From the NCBI GenBank assembly GCA_001643675.2, contig LSRY02000020.1, positions 124,001 to 188,000 of the forward strand: a DNA stretch of 64,000 nucleotides. The letters run 5' to 3'. Position 1 is the stretch's first letter. Each line of letters opens with the position of its first letter. Made by a program: the position numbers and the translations under genes. Origin of the DNA: Monocercomonoides exilis PA203 (Eukaryota > Protista > Preaxostyla). Of this stretch, positions 10,840 through 25,400 are shown piece by piece. The notes beneath the pieces are model-generated. The model was not told the origin of the DNA. It ran no database searches and saw nothing but the letters and a program-made list of their open reading frames with translations.

Positions 10840-13800
10840 CTAATTAGAAAATTGTTGAGTAACAATAATTTGCTCTTTAACCTTTTCAGCCATCATTATC
10901 TTGCCTCTTTGCAAAAGAAGACGAAGAAATTCTCTTGGAGCAACAGATAAGCAATAATCATAAAGAGATGAAGGAAGATATCGCTCTGATGATTCACTTT
11001 GACAAACTAGAAAAGTGTCTGCAGCTGCTAAAGCAAGCTGATGGTTATTTGAATGCATAGAAGAAGCAGATGATTCCACTTGCTCAATCAGGCGAGAGAG
11101 GATGATAGAGTATTGTGAATAAGAAGACGTATGAGAAAGAACAGAGTTCAGTGTTTTGTGAGCCAAATTGTCGATAATTGGAGCAGGAGAAAGATCAAAA
11201 CACTTTGCAACGTGCAGCGCAGAGTCGAATTCGTCGTACAGAAGCAGAGAGACAATCGTGTCGCGGGGGGAATAAAAGCGGAAGTCTGTCGACTGGCTGT
11301 GGAGAGGGCTGCTATTTCTCCTTGTCAAAAGGAGCTGGGCGGAATGAAGATGAAGCAGTGCTTCAAGATCGTCTGCTGTGTAGAATGGCCTCTGCGCACT
11401 CAGAAGCAAAGGCTTGTTTTGCGAGGGAGGTTGAGATGGATTGGACGATGCTTCGAAGGAGAAAGGAGATGCTTTGGAATTGTGTGCTTGCTTGTTTGTG
11501 GGGGAATACAGAGGATTCATCACAATCATGTCTTTTCTTTCGTTTTGCCCTTTAGCCACATCGAGAAGACCAATGGCAGATGTCAATGAAGAACACACCA
11601 GAGACAGGATGTCTTCCTCATCTGCATCATACACATCATCTGCTGTGCACACAATTGAAGCATTGCCATTCTCTTCAATGCGCCTCATGTTTTCTGCTGT
11701 CTTTCCATCGCCTTGAATCAACTTGATGGCCACTTCTAAATGAACAGCAGCAGCTGCTATGTGATCGCCCTGTGCCACAAAAAAGGCAGCAAGAATGAGA
11801 TAAAGCGACTTAATCACCTGGAAGCTCGTGTCTGAAATGCTGATGGCTGTCTTCATTGCTGGTGGAGCAGACGAGCTCTGAGTGGAAGGCTCAATGAGAA
11901 TGAGGCTGTTCTTTGCTTTTGTTCTGAAGAAGACAGAGGCAGACTGAGCAAGAGGAGGATTGGCGCCTATGAGAGGCAGAGAGGAGAAATCATTGCAGTT
12001 TATTTGAGTGCAAAGAAAGCGGAGGAGGCAGTCACGTCGTGTCTGCTTCACAACAAGAGGGAATGAAAGGTCTTTGAGCGAAGGGATGTACAGCGCTTGC
12101 ACAAGAAGCTCAGCAATCTTCAGAAGAAGCGTGGCTGAGGCATCAAATGCATGAATGCGCAATGAAATGCCGAAGAGACACACAAGAACTGCGAGGTTAT
12201 CTCTGCAGGACTGTTCATTTTCAAATGATTGAGATGATGATGAAGCTGAAGCTGAAGCTGATGCTGATGAAGAAGAAGCAGAAGCAAAAGAAAGATTCCT
12301 TTCTTCGATGAATGCAAACAACTGATCACCAAACATCAAAGAAGAGAGTGTTTGTCCATAAATCTCAAATAACATTACAATTCGAAGGCAAAGTTCAGCA
12401 AATGATGAAAGATCGAGCAGATTATCGGGAAGAAGGAAGGATGGAATGGCTTCAATGCAATTTTGAGAGGAGGAAGAGGAAGAGGAAGAGGAAGAGGAAG
12501 AGGAAGAGGAAGAGGAAGAGGAAGATGAAGAGGAAGATGAAGTGAGAGATGACAAAGAAAGTTGCAGTCTGGTTGTTGATTCGTAGCAAGATGAGCGTGC
12601 ATAAGCAGCACACAACTTCAGCTGCTTGTCAAACCGATGTGAGAGCTTTAAAACAAGTGGCTCGTTTGAATGGCGAAGGGAGAAGAGGCAGGAGACGGTG
12701 GCTACAAACAGATAAGTTGCCCTTTCGTATTGCAAGTCAACAAAGAATGCTTTGCACGCATCATCAAAAATGGATGTGATCATTTCTGTGCCAAATGACT
12801 CAGAATCCTCCAAAGATGGTACAAAAGCTGTTGACTGTTGATTTGACTGCTCGTCTGATCCGAAGAGAGAAAAGAGCTGCTTCTCGTTCGACATCAGCTC
12901 ATACAGCAGAATGTGCTTTGTTGAGCAGAAAAGACTCAGAAAAGCACTCTTGACAGCATCATCGAATGCTTCGTCATTGCCAGCCGATGAATCAGCTTCC
13001 ATCAAATTCGATGGGCATAAAGCAAGAAGCTGTGCCTTTTTCAGTCCAATTATTAACACAAGAAATGCGAGACGAGATGTGATAAGTAGGCGCTGTCTGC
13101 AATTCCGAATGAAAAGAGACTTTCTGATTTCTGGATCGAAGTCTGTTTCATCCAACTCATTTTTCTGCAAAACAAGTTGACTAAACTCTTCTTCTGAGAG
13201 ATTCGAAAGACGCTCCGATTCATTAACAATTGTTTGAAGAACAGACAAAATAGTCGGCTCATCAGAAGATGACTCGTCATTCTCAGTTTCCTTTTGTTCA
13301 TCACGCGAACCAATCAACCTAACAGCAGCTGTCACATCACCAACAAATGCATTCACCAGATAAGGTGTGCACAGAAGATGATGACATGCTGCTGCCAGAG
13401 GAGTCGGATGGGCTGCCAACAGAACAGATTTCAGTGCGTCGTGTGGATTGCGCGTGGACAAGACAGTGTTCGCCCAAAGTGGCAGTGTGATGTCTTCAAA
13501 AAAGGTGGACTGGCACAGATGCTTCAGAGCAGACTTCGCCAGATAATATTCTGATTGTTCTGTTTTGGCAGCTTTGTTGCTGGCTGACTGTGTATTCATC
13601 TGCTGTCTCCCACACAAAGTGGAGGAAAGAGCACCTGCAAGAACGAGAATGACATTCATGTCAAATCTGTCTGATGGCAGAAAGACGGAACGAACTGAAG
13701 ACGTGCTTAACTGAATGCCGGATGAAGAAGCTACAACTGAAATCTCTGTTGATTTCGTTGGTGCATTTTGCCTGTCATCTTCCATTTCATTTGTATCACT

Positions 13801-16800
13801 GTCTAATTCCATTTTGCTTCTTTCCATCAAATTTTGTGATTGAACAGAATGCTGAAAACGCTGCGGCAAAGCAGACGACGATGCATCAAGTGAGTTAACA
13901 AGAACGACAATGTGATAGAAAAACCTCCATTCATCTAATTCGCTCATGAAGGAGGAGTCAGATGAAGAAGACTCCACTGAAGGAGAAGATGCAAGCGGTG
14001 AAGGAAGCAAAGAAGTTGACTCTGCTAAGGGCATTGAGACACCAGGAAAGACAGAGCTAACAAAAGAGTCTTCATTGTCCATTTGCATAGCACCAGATTC
14101 AGCTGAAGTCAAATGCATTCCATTTTCTTTTTCATCAACATCCATTTTTTGTTTGTCTGAAGAATAGTCGAAAAGAGATGACGAGGCAGACATGGATACC
14201 AAATCTGCAATATACAAAGACAACGGAGAGGAACTTGAAGAAGAAGAAGAAGATGATAATGAAGGCGAAGATGAGGCAATTGATGAGTTATCGTTCATTG
14301 AAGAAGGATTTGGCGGGCAAAGACGAGGTGGAAGAGGCAAAAACACTGTTTGCGGTGTTATCATCAGCTCACAAGTCTCTTTTTCCTTTGGAAGTGCATT
14401 TTGCACATCAACTGATTGATTCCTTTCGTTGCCTCTTTTCTTCTCTTCTGAACTTTGTGTATCTGCAGCAGAGCCCACCCACTGAATGGAGTGAGGCAAC
14501 AGTGCTGTCGACAGCAGCTGCTCCACAGCACTGCGTGTGGCTGGGGTAACAGCTCTTCTCGAACTACTTCTACTTTTGTTAGAAGTGCTTGAAACAGAAA
14601 AAGCAGAAGTCAACAGATTGTCTTCAGCTGAAGATGACTCAAAGAACAAGTCAACCGCTGGCTGAAGATCTGCCAAGAGCTCCTTCTGCTGCTTGAAGTC
14701 ATTCATCGCCTTGCTGAATCTGCTTTCCTCTGCTTTCGCTCTTTGCTCAAAGTTCTTCTCCTCCTTCTGCACAACTGTCTTGTTGAACTCTGCTCTTTCA
14801 TTCTGGTTCATGCTGTTTGCTTCAATGGCCCTTGCTCTCCTCCACCTTCTCTTCTCGTCCTCCACCGCCTCCACAAACTGCGCATGCTCTTCTGCAGCAC
14901 TCTGCATAGCACTGTCCACAAGCATCACACCAAAACGGAACAGAATAAACAGACGGACAGCGCGGATGAGAGTGTGGGTGGGATACCGCGTGCTGGCCAG
15001 GTGGAAGGCAGGCGAGGCAATCTGAAGCACTTTTGAGAGGATAGATGAAGAAATAGAAGAAATAGAAGAAGTAGAAGACGATGATGATGATGGAGATGAC
15101 AATTGGAAGAGTTGAGTGAGAGAACAGAATGGATGTGAAGGGATAAGAGAGGTGTCATTAAACAAGTGACTCAGAAATATGTTTTTGACAATTGAGCTTC
15201 GCATCTGATTGGTCAGTTGTATCTTCGATGAAGAAGAAGAAGATGATGACAATGCAGTTAAATCAGAAGATGATTGAGAATGAGAATCTTGTGAATAAGA
15301 CGAAAGAATAAGAGAAAGAAGGAAGAGATCGTTGTGTTTTGTGGGCTCATCTGCACAAAGTGACAGAAAGTGGCAAGAAGGCTGTAGGAGTGGAGGAGGA
15401 AGACGGATTGATTGGACAGAAGAAGAAGAAGACGATGGCAAAGTTGTTGGTCCAATAAAACAAGAAAACAAATCAACAGGAGACGATGAAGACGAAGGAT
15501 TAAATAGCAAAATTTCGATTTTGGATGCATTCAGATTTGAGAGAACATTCAATGTTTCTAATGATGATTGAGAGAAATCAACATTCTGAAGCTCAGCTGC
15601 TGAACTGAAGGAGGAGTGTCTCACTTTTATTGAAGTCAGAAGAGATTTTTTGTGTGTGGCAGCCACTGGAATAACATCAGTGCATACAAATTGGATGGAA
15701 TTGGTTTCGCCTTCGTGACAAGACGAAAGGGCAAACTGAAGAAGAACATGTGAGTGAATTGAGGAAAATTCTTTGGATGGTTCTTTTTCGTATTTGAACA
15801 GCGAGGATGGAAGAATTGACAACACAGATGGGAGTGAAGATGAATTGGAATTAGAAGAATTCAATGAAGAAGAAGATAATGATGACGAGGAAGAAGAAGA
15901 AGAAGAAAACTCCTTTTGAATATGAGAACAGCATCTTTCTTGAAGCGAGTCGCATTCTGCCCAGCAGAGTGTGTTTACCCACATCGTCTGGCGGAGGCGA
16001 TGAATGGCATACAGAACATTGTATTTGGCATCTGCTCCTTTGCAAGCAGAAGCAGAAGAAGCAGAAAAAGCAGAAGAAGCAGAATTGTCTGTTTGTTTTG
16101 ATAGATTCGTTTCTGTTGTTGATTTTGATGTGAAAAATGGGATCTTCCATCTGGTTGTCAAAGATGTTTGTTGTATTTGCTCCTCTTTTGCTTCACAAGC
16201 TCCTTCTTTCAATCCAAATGGCAGCTGAAAGCCAGCCAAAGACAAACAAGGCAATCCATCAGTGTTTGTATTTTGTGTGTTTTGAGAAGAATCAGCCGAT
16301 AAATCTGCCAAATAAGACACCATTTTGTCTGGACAGAAGACGAGATTAGCACTTTTGAGTGCTTCTGAGAAGGATGAAGGCATTTCTGAGTCAGACCAAC
16401 TGAACTTGAACTGTTTTGATTCATTTTCCAATCCATTGCCATTGATTGAAGAAATAACAGCACTTTTTCCGGTTGCCACTCGTCTGACAACAGAAGAAGC
16501 AGCAAAACAGGTCGAAGAGGTTTGCTCATCATTTGGACTGCCACTTTGTGTTTCAAAAGATGATGAGGAAGACGCTGATGATGAAGAATGAAGTGACACA
16601 CCAGCTGGACTCCACTTAACACCCTCACAAATCTCCTTCACCGCACAATATTCTTTTGATGGCAGCAATTTGCTGTCTCTTTTCCCGCTTTTCTTTCCTT
16701 TCCAGCCTGAAAACAGCGAAGAGAACATTCCCTTTTTTTGTTCTTTTGAAGAGTCTGTTTTTGATCCTGTTGCATTTCTTTCGCTTTCCTTCTCTTCATT

Positions 16801-17845
16801 TTGAAATACTCCCATCATTTCGTCTTCTTCTTTCACAACTTTTTCTTCATTTGAAGTTTTTTCACAAGAAAACTCAACGTCCCATGAGCGCATTGTTCCA
16901 TCGTATGATTGTGCTACAATCGTTGAATGCAACTGCTTGTCATCCACGGAACTCATCAAAAGACCAACAATTGCATTTGAAATAGACAGCTGCTCATTAC
17001 CTTCATCAGGCAATTCCTGTTCTGAGCGTAATGAGAATGAAGACTTAAGCGAAAACATTGATCGTTTTTGAGGTGTTATTTCGCGGTTCATGAGAGGTGT
17101 TTCTATTGGTCGGCATTCGTTTGATATGTAATTATAATTTGAAGTAGGATCAGATGGAAATGAAATAATGTGAATTGCTCCATTTGAGAATCCAACAGCA
17201 CAATGAAATGCATTAGAAGCATGACACACAAGAGGGATGAGATGTGTTTGTGTGAAACGATATGAATGAAGAGGCGAAGTGAGAAAAGATTCAGAAAAGT
17301 TTGAAAGATATGATGAAGTGGAGATCTTTTTCAAAAACATTTTAAAAAATAAACGTAAATTTAAAAATATAAATCAAATATGCAAACATTGTTGAAAGTC
17401 GGAAAAGAAAATCTATGAACTGTTCCAGCAAGAGTTGCTACGAAGACAACAATTGCATTGTCAATAGAAACGAAAGATACATCGGGGATGATCGGTCCAG
17501 AAAATGAGATTCGAAGAGAATTTCCTTCAAGATGCTTTATTCCACTTCTTTTTTCAACCAGTTCGATAAATGAACCGTTAACTCTCCTAAATAATTTTCA
17601 ATTACAAATAAAATATTAGAATGTATATTAATTATAAAAGGTGCATTAAGAAAAAGAAAACATTTATATATTATAAATTGTAATTCAAATAATATTTTTG
17701 AGTAACCAATATTGACACACCAAAAGATGACAGATTTTTTATAAGAATAAACTGAATTGAATTGAGGAAATGTTGGGGTAAAATTGTTTGTTTCCAATGG
17801 CAATACAACTTCTTTCCAAGAAGATCGAGAAGATTCAAGATTCAT
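10840..17845 (-). CDS. NUP160: Nucleoporin Nup160/Nup120 homolog with Ser-rich insertions
   Basis: The C-terminal helical region (LYLILAAFFVAQGDHIAAAAVHLEVA; ADDLEALLHLHSAQLLL; DTIVSLLLYDEFDSALHVAKCFDLSPAPIIDNLA; LPSSLYDYC...EFLRLLLQRG) resembles the Nup160 C-terminus. The N-terminus has beta-propeller-like strands (CAVGFSNGAIHII; SYDGTMRSWD). Short 5' exons start at ATG 17845. Confidence 0.72.
12470..12523. repeat. (GAGGAA)9 coding microsatellite (poly-Ser in Nup160)
   Basis: Direct reading. The same unit occurs x5 at 29778-29807. Confidence 0.9.
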
Positions 17846-17951
17846 GTGAAGATAATTAAGAAAATTGGATAAGAAGTGTATTAAAATATAAAAAGTGGTT
17901 AGATCTTGGACAATTGATCCAATATTTTCCATAAACATTTGTTTTAATTGT

Positions 17952-18849
17952 ATGACAGCATGTAGAAAACACGAGCTTCTTTCCGAATTAAGCATTAAAG
18001 AAGTTGTTTTATTCAATCACTGAGTTGCAAATGGCATAACTCTTTTTTAGGATTTTGAAAGCGAGCTGATAGGAACTGTTCTTTGGCCTTCAAGCTATCT
18101 GTTGGTTTCACTTCTCGAGGATGATTCTGAAAGCATCCAAGGGAAACGAGTAATTGAGTTAGGTTGCGGTTGCGGTTTGTATCTTCTGGGGTTTTCAGCC
18201 TAAATGCTATTTTCAAATAACAATCAGGAATTGGAGGAATTGCCGCATCCAAACTTGGAGCTTCTGATGTTGTATGTACAGACGCTTCTGAACATGCGCT
18301 TGCGATGGCAAAAAAGAATATTCAAATTAATTGTCATGAAGGAGAAAGAATATCTACGAAAACATATATTTGGGGAGATGAAGAGTCAACTCTTGGATTA
18401 AATCCTCCATTTGACTATGTCATTGGATCAGATATTTTATATAATGAATTCGGGTATTGAAAATGGTTTTATTTATTCATTCATTCATTGTTTTTTCCCA
18501 CTCTATTATCAATGAAATTGTTTATGCTTTTTAATAAAGTGCTGATAAGCTTCCAAAAGCGCTTGCCATGCTCGTTGGAAAATTAGCTGCCGCAAAGAAA
18601 GAAATTTTAAGTGAATATAAATGGACCGTTTTACTTGTTAATCAACGAAGAAATCCTTCTGTGGAAGAGAGATTTATGGAGCAAATTGAAGCTTTATTTT
18701 CAGGTTGTATCATCGAAAAAAAGATTTTGACCAAAGAAGATGAAATGAAATTACTTGGTAAAGAAGAGTCAAAATTGCAAGTTAATGAAAATGAATTTGA
18801 AGATTATTTGAAAGGAAGTGTATTTCATGTTCTCAGAATTAGAAATTAA
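17952..18849 (+). CDS. Seven-beta-strand protein methyltransferase (METTL21/EEF2KMT-like), 4 exons
   Basis: Spliced: GTVLWPSSYLL..GKRVIELGCGC/GIGGIAASKLGASDVVCTD..MAKKNIQIN..YIWGD..FDYVIGSDILY (motif I, post-I and DxxY). Confidence 0.85.
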
Positions 18850-19493
18850 CCATTTCAAATTGAATTCAGATATTTCCTCATTACTTTCAAGTCTAAAAGT
18901 TCTCAACTCATTTCACTTTTTCGACTGTTTTGTGATAAAAATTCGATTTTTAAGTGAAGAATTTTTTAAAATTGTAGTTTATTCATTGAGAAGGAAGATT
19001 TCACATTCCAAAATGCAATCTTTAATCTTCTTTAATTATTCTTCAAAAATACAATCGGAAAAATGTCACATTAAGTGTGCGTAAATTTTAAAAAATTCGC
19101 TTTATTCAATGGCTCAAAATTTACTAACTCTCTTCTGTCAAAACTATTTAGTAGTCCTTTGCAACTAGGAAATCATAAGAGATGAGCGTAGATTGAAAAA
19201 GAAAACCTGCGTCGAGTTGTTTTTTTTTCTTCTTTTTTAAAGAAACATTTGTATTTTTGAATGAGTGTGAGAAATACTTCCACATGAATAATATTCTGAT
19301 TTTTTGTTTCTATTTTAACATGCTTCAAAACATGTTCTCATTGAAAAGTTTGAATTAATAAATAAAAACATCACAGAAAGAGCTAAACTGCTTAATAACC
19401 GCAAAAACAAAAATTAAAAGAATAATAGAATGCATAAATGATGGTAAAAAATATCTAACAAGATGAATAAAAAGACACTTAACATAATAATTA

Positions 19494-22400
19494 CTACACT
19501 AAATAACTTAACATTTTTACACTCTTATCTTTCTTTTCTTTTTCTTTCAAAATAATTTGATCAGCTTTTGACGCAGTCGAAAGAAGCGAATGAAGTTGGG
19601 AAAGCTGCGAAACAAGGACAAAAGCTCGAATCCAGTTTTGAAGTTCGGACCTTGACGTTGCAAGAAAATGATACTCCTTCGAAGGAGTTGAAGTTGGCAA
19701 AGGCAAAGATGCAGAAGAAGAAGCAGAAGATGAAGAAGTCGAAACGTTATTAAAAAGTGTGCAACTATCCGGATGAGTCAGATAACAAAGTGGAGAAAAA
19801 GAAGAAGATGCATTCAGAACAGCTGATCGAAGGGGATTTTGCTTTGTTGGCTGATAGCATTTCACACACAATTGGAAGGGAAATTCTGTGCTCGTTGGAA
19901 GTTGTGACATTCCCTGATAGATATAAATATTTTTTGATAATCAAATGCATGATAAATAATTAAAAAAAAAGATGATTAAAATATAACAGGTTAAATTTCA
20001 TTAAAATTTTTTTTTCTTTTTCACACTTCAAAAGCTTCTACAAATCCATCAAATTTGATGATTTTCCCTTCATAATCAAATGGATGTTCCGAAATCTTCA
20101 TCATATTCTGAAATAGAACAACCCACTTCTTCTGCCAGCCACGGAATGTTGACTTTTGAAGAAGAAAGCCCGTCTTAATTGAGTTCTTGACGCTGTGGAA
20201 AAATGCCTTTCCTCTTCTTCTCTTTGCCACAAACATTACAGCTTGATCAGTGCTAAACAGCTCAATAAATGTTGGAGAAGCAATTGTGCGAAAGATGTCG
20301 AACAGTTGATTAGCCTGAGTGGAAGGAATTGGCGAAGATGTTGCCAGTACAGAAGAAGATGGAAGAGATGAAGTTGACGAAGAAGATGAAATTGAAGAAG
20401 ATGATGTAGAATTCGAATATGATGGAAATGTTCCAGAATTTGATTTAAAGCTATCTGACTTCGTGGAATTTATGATATCTTCCTCTTCTAATTTTTCTTT
20501 ATTTGCATTTGATATCTTTGATTTTGATCTGCTTGTTTTCACTTGCATTGGTGAAACTCCAGTTGAAGCTTGTTGACAATTCGAAATATTATTTGAATCA
20601 TATCTATTTTTTTCCTTGCTCAGCTCACTTGTTGAGCCATTAATCATCTTATGCGGTGATTTGAATGTGTTGCCTTCCTGAAGCTCAGAAAAGGCACATG
20701 AAAATGGCATTGATCCACGATACTTGAATGTTCTCTGCGGTTGTTGTCTCTGCTGCAGGCTTCTAAACTGCTGGGTGAACATAGCGCTGAATTTATAAGG
20801 ATCGAACGATTGCACAGATGGATTGCTAATTTGCAGAGGAGAAGACAAAGAAGATGCAGTCTGCGAAGAAGGCAACGAAAAAGATGTGGATGGCATTGTT
20901 CTCGAAGCAACTTTTCCTCCTGTGGTCGCCAGTACACTTTGATTTTCATTGTTCTGACGCGTTGATAACAACTGAGATATTTCTTGACTCATTCCCTGAG
21001 ATACATTTGCGCTAAATCCAGTTGAAGAAAAAGCAATGCTTTCCATCAGAATAAACTCTGTTTGCTCGCAGAAGTGGATAGCTTTTTTGTTGTTCAGCTT
21101 GATCTCAGATGTGTTGTGGTTTCGAAGCATACCAGCAGTCTGCATAACAGACGAAAAATGAATACGAACAGGAGAAAACTGCGACAGCTCGGCTGAAGAA
21201 AAAGGAAAGAACGGAATGCGAGCAAGTGCTTCAGTATGATATGGAGGAAACATTGCAGACATCTCATCATCACCAGAAGATGAATCATTGATTTGCACCC
21301 TTCCCAGGAACAATTTTTTGATGTTTGTTTCATTTTCATCTGAGATAATTGAGCCATAAAGACCAGAATTGGGTGAAGGCAAAGGCGAAGGAGATGGAGA
21401 TGGAGAAGGAGATGAATAGATTGCAGGGGATGCAAATTGCTTTGACTTCTTCCTCTCCTTCACTGTTTGTGTTCCACTTTGATCAAAATCGCATCGCTCG
21501 TCCCAAACACTTGAAAAGCTATTCTTCCATCTCCTTGCTGCTTTATTTTTTCTGGTGTATGAAAACATTTCATCTGATTTTTCACTATTCTTTTTAACAG
21601 TTTTATCCTCTTGTTTTGCCGAAGTTCCGAACATTATCCAAGAAGCACTGTTTTGGATGACATATTCATATTCTGCATGCCTCTCAGCCATTTTAAGCCT
21701 CTCTTCTGAAAACGGAGCACTAGGCAGCACTGCAATGATGTAAATAAAGGCATTCAAGTCTCCTCTCTCAATCACTACATCCATTGGTGTGCGGCCGAAT
21801 CCATCTGTAACATCAATCCGCGCCCCCATCAGAAGAAGCGGAGCGAATGTTTTGATCGGTGGATCCATTTCTGCAGATTTGCGTATTTCAGAGTGAAGAA
21901 GATAGGAAGTCTGCAATGAGAGGGATGAGTGAGCATTTAGCAGAAGAGAATTAAGCAATCCATCAGACAAAGATGATACTACTTTTTGAGATTCTTGCAC
22001 ACATTTATGACTTGATTCTTTGAAATGAACAATTCTTTTATCGTTCAAAAGTGCTGTTGGAGCTCCTTCAATCGATGTTGTATACTTTATCTGATCAAGC
22101 AACGACTGTGGCAGATGAATTCGTTTTACAGGAGTTGTTGGTGAGCTCATTATCGCTGATGAGTTTGTCAGCGACATCGACACGGCTTGCAAACGTGTTG
22201 TGATTGGAGGAGGTGGAATTGGAGGAGAGCGTGAAAAATCTGTGGAATCATTTTCAGCTTCACTTTGATTCTTCATCTGCTTCGTGTTCAACGGATTCAA
22301 GTGAGGAGACGATGGGAGTAATTCTTTTTGAACGATTGAAGTTGCAATAACAGAAGAAGATAACGCTGACGATTTCGTATCACCTCTCAAATGTGAGGAA

Positions 22401-25400
22401 GCAGTAGGGGAAGAAGATGAACCAAGATTCGACGACAATAAGAGATCTGTATAAGTACGTGAATACTTTGGATAGCTGACAACTGTAAAGTTTGCGCTTT
22501 CATTGCTAAATCTGTCTGGCATAAGCATCAATTCTTCAATTCGTGCATCAATGGTTGTTATAATAGCATCCATTTCACTGGCATTTTTGTGTGTAAAAAG
22601 ACAGTGAAGTAATGTCTCACCCAAGCTGTTCTTGCTCTGCAGCACTTGCGGAGGAATTAATGCAGCAAGAGAACGAAGACAGTGAAGAGAAGGCAGAAGA
22701 ATGGACAGAAAGGCTGCGTTTCGTTTCTGTCCAAATCCTCTCTGCATGGGTGCAGAAACCGTAGCAAAAGAAGTGAAGTTTTCAATTGGTACACTTCGAG
22801 ACGAAGCATTCACATAACGCAAAAAAGGAGTCATCGGATTGAACTGGGAAGCGTTTGTTGAAGATATGATTGAGGAAGACGAAGAAGTCTGCATTTCAAA
22901 ATTTTGTGTTGGCTGTTTTCCAATTGATGATTGATTGAGAAGCAGAGGAGTGACAGCCTCTTCAAACGACTCTTCTGAAGAATCATAAGACGATTCAGAA
23001 ATCATCGAAGTCGGACTTGACTGAGCAGAAGGTGTTTCTGACTCCAAAGTTGCTTCGTTGCTGTTGTCAGAGGATTGAATAGAAAATGCTGCGACGTTGT
23101 TGCTCGGAGGAAAAGAAACCCGGGGCGTTTCGTCTTCTTGCTCCAATGCTTTCTGAAGCAGCAAATTACTTTTGAATGCAAAAGAAGCAAAAAGCACATT
23201 TTCATTTGCTTCATCTGTTGAACTATCATTCTGATTCTTGTTAACTTTGCCCAGACATGTGGATTCAATCCCCTTTCCCATAAACGAAGCAGATCTAGTC
23301 CTTGACTTCGAACTCAATGCAATTGCTGTCACAGCATCAGCAGTAGCATCAAGAACATCCCCACAGCCATTCATGCACATCAGTTGTATCAGAGAAAGCC
23401 CATTGAACAGAATAACTGGATGATCTTCTGAGCTCTGTGGAGGAAGAAGAGAAGTTGGAAGAGCAGAAATGGATAAGGCATCAGATGAACTTCGCAGTGC
23501 TTCGTTAAACCTGTGCTGAATGGAAAGATATGACGGCTGCGAGAAATAATGATAAAAAGATGAAGTTGAGGCATATGTCACAGAAGGAGAAAACAGAAGC
23601 GAATATAAAAGAGGAGGATTTTGCGAAAAAAGAGACGAATAAAACAAAGATAAAAGAGGAGAATTGTTGGAAGCACTCAAAAGAAGTGACTGGAATTTTG
23701 TAAGGCCAATTAAACAGAACTGACACTGCTGAGAAGAAGAATGAGACGATTCTTCAACATCACCTGAATGTGAACAACCACAACTGTTCATGTAGTTATC
23801 TTTCATATTCTCTTTTTGCTGCTGGAAATCTGAGGTAGGCGAAACAGAAGAGGGAGAAGAATTAAAGAATGACGAGCATGGGAACAACTTGGATAAGATG
23901 AAAATGAGAGGAAACAAAGACAGTCGAACGTGATGAGGATATCTCAAAGCAACGGACTCGGCAAAGGGAGTGCAGGTTGTCTGGAAAAATGAAGTCTCAT
24001 CTTTTGAACTTACTGATTGAAGCACTTGCTGCTCGTCAATTGAACATCGCTTTCTGCCAACAGAAGGTACAAAAGAGCAGCTGGGCAGAGTTAAGCAACA
24101 CAATGAAGGAGACAAAATATCTGTGTCAAAAATTGGATGCGATTCGGAGATTATGATGCGAAAAGGAGAATAACACGGCAACTGAGAAGATGATCCAAAT
24201 GAAGCACTTGACAATTGACGTTTTTGATGTTCATTCAATGAATTTCTACTTGCAGTTTTGATTTCTTCATCAGACTGAGCTTTCTCAATCTGCAATGTTG
24301 CTGATGCAACTTCTGTGCTTATCAGTTCTGGCATCTTAACAACCAAGTTTGTGCATCGATCAGAATCAGGCTCGCTGAAATAAAGAAACGGCGGCAGCTG
24401 CGAAAACAGTTGGCACACGCCGCCCAACGCAATCAGCACGAAAGCAGCTGCAAACTGCTCAGAGCGGATGGCAGAGATGAAAGGCGTCTCTCCGCCGAGA
24501 AAGGCAAGAATTGGTTCTCGTGTGATTTTGCATGAATTATCAAGAGAGGAAAACGGAGAGGCTGTGGAGTAAGACGACGACGAAGAAGAAAACGAAGTGA
24601 ATGATGAAGTCGAAGAAGGCTTCAAAACATCATTTTCCGAATCAGAAGCAAACAAAGGTGATGACGAAGAAGTAGATGATGAAGAAGGAGAAGTCGAAGA
24701 ATTCAACAGGTTTGTTGAATGCAAAAGCTCACTTTGATCAGAAACAGAATTTTTCTGCACAAGAAACGAAGACTTAATGCAACCATTGCAAAAACAGAAA
24801 GAACTTGAATCATTTGAAAGAGTCATCACATTTCCATTAACAGGCTCAGTTTGGCAGTGAAGCAAAGGATGAGTGAACAGAAGAGAAGAAGGACGAGAAA
24901 TGGAAGGCGGTGGAAGAGGAGGAGGAGGAGGAGAAGACAAAGATGTGGAAAATGCATTCGATTGAGATTTTGATGAGTCCGAAGAAAAGAAAGGGAGCGA
25001 TGATTGAGCAACAGAGGAAGACAAAGGACTTGTCGTGCTTTGTGAATGAGCTGCATTGCGACTCCCATTCGAAGACGATGAAGAAGCAAGCGAGTTCGAA
25101 AGCGAGGGAAGAAAATCCGAATTTGATTGAGAATTAGAAGACGAGACGGGAAGAGTTAAACGCACGATGCATTCTGCCACAGAAGCAGGAGACAAAAGGG
25201 ACGACGAAGAAAGAAGCCGATGAAGAGGCTCAAAAGCGCCACGCTCAGCAAGAAGATGAATACAGGTGCGATTTCCCATCAGACGGATAGGCAGACACAA
25301 CGGATGGAGGCAAGGAGTGAGAGAAGCAGATGAATTAGATTGAAAAGAAGAAGAAGAAGAGGAAGAGACGGTTGAAGAGGAAGAAGAAGGAAGCTGTGCT

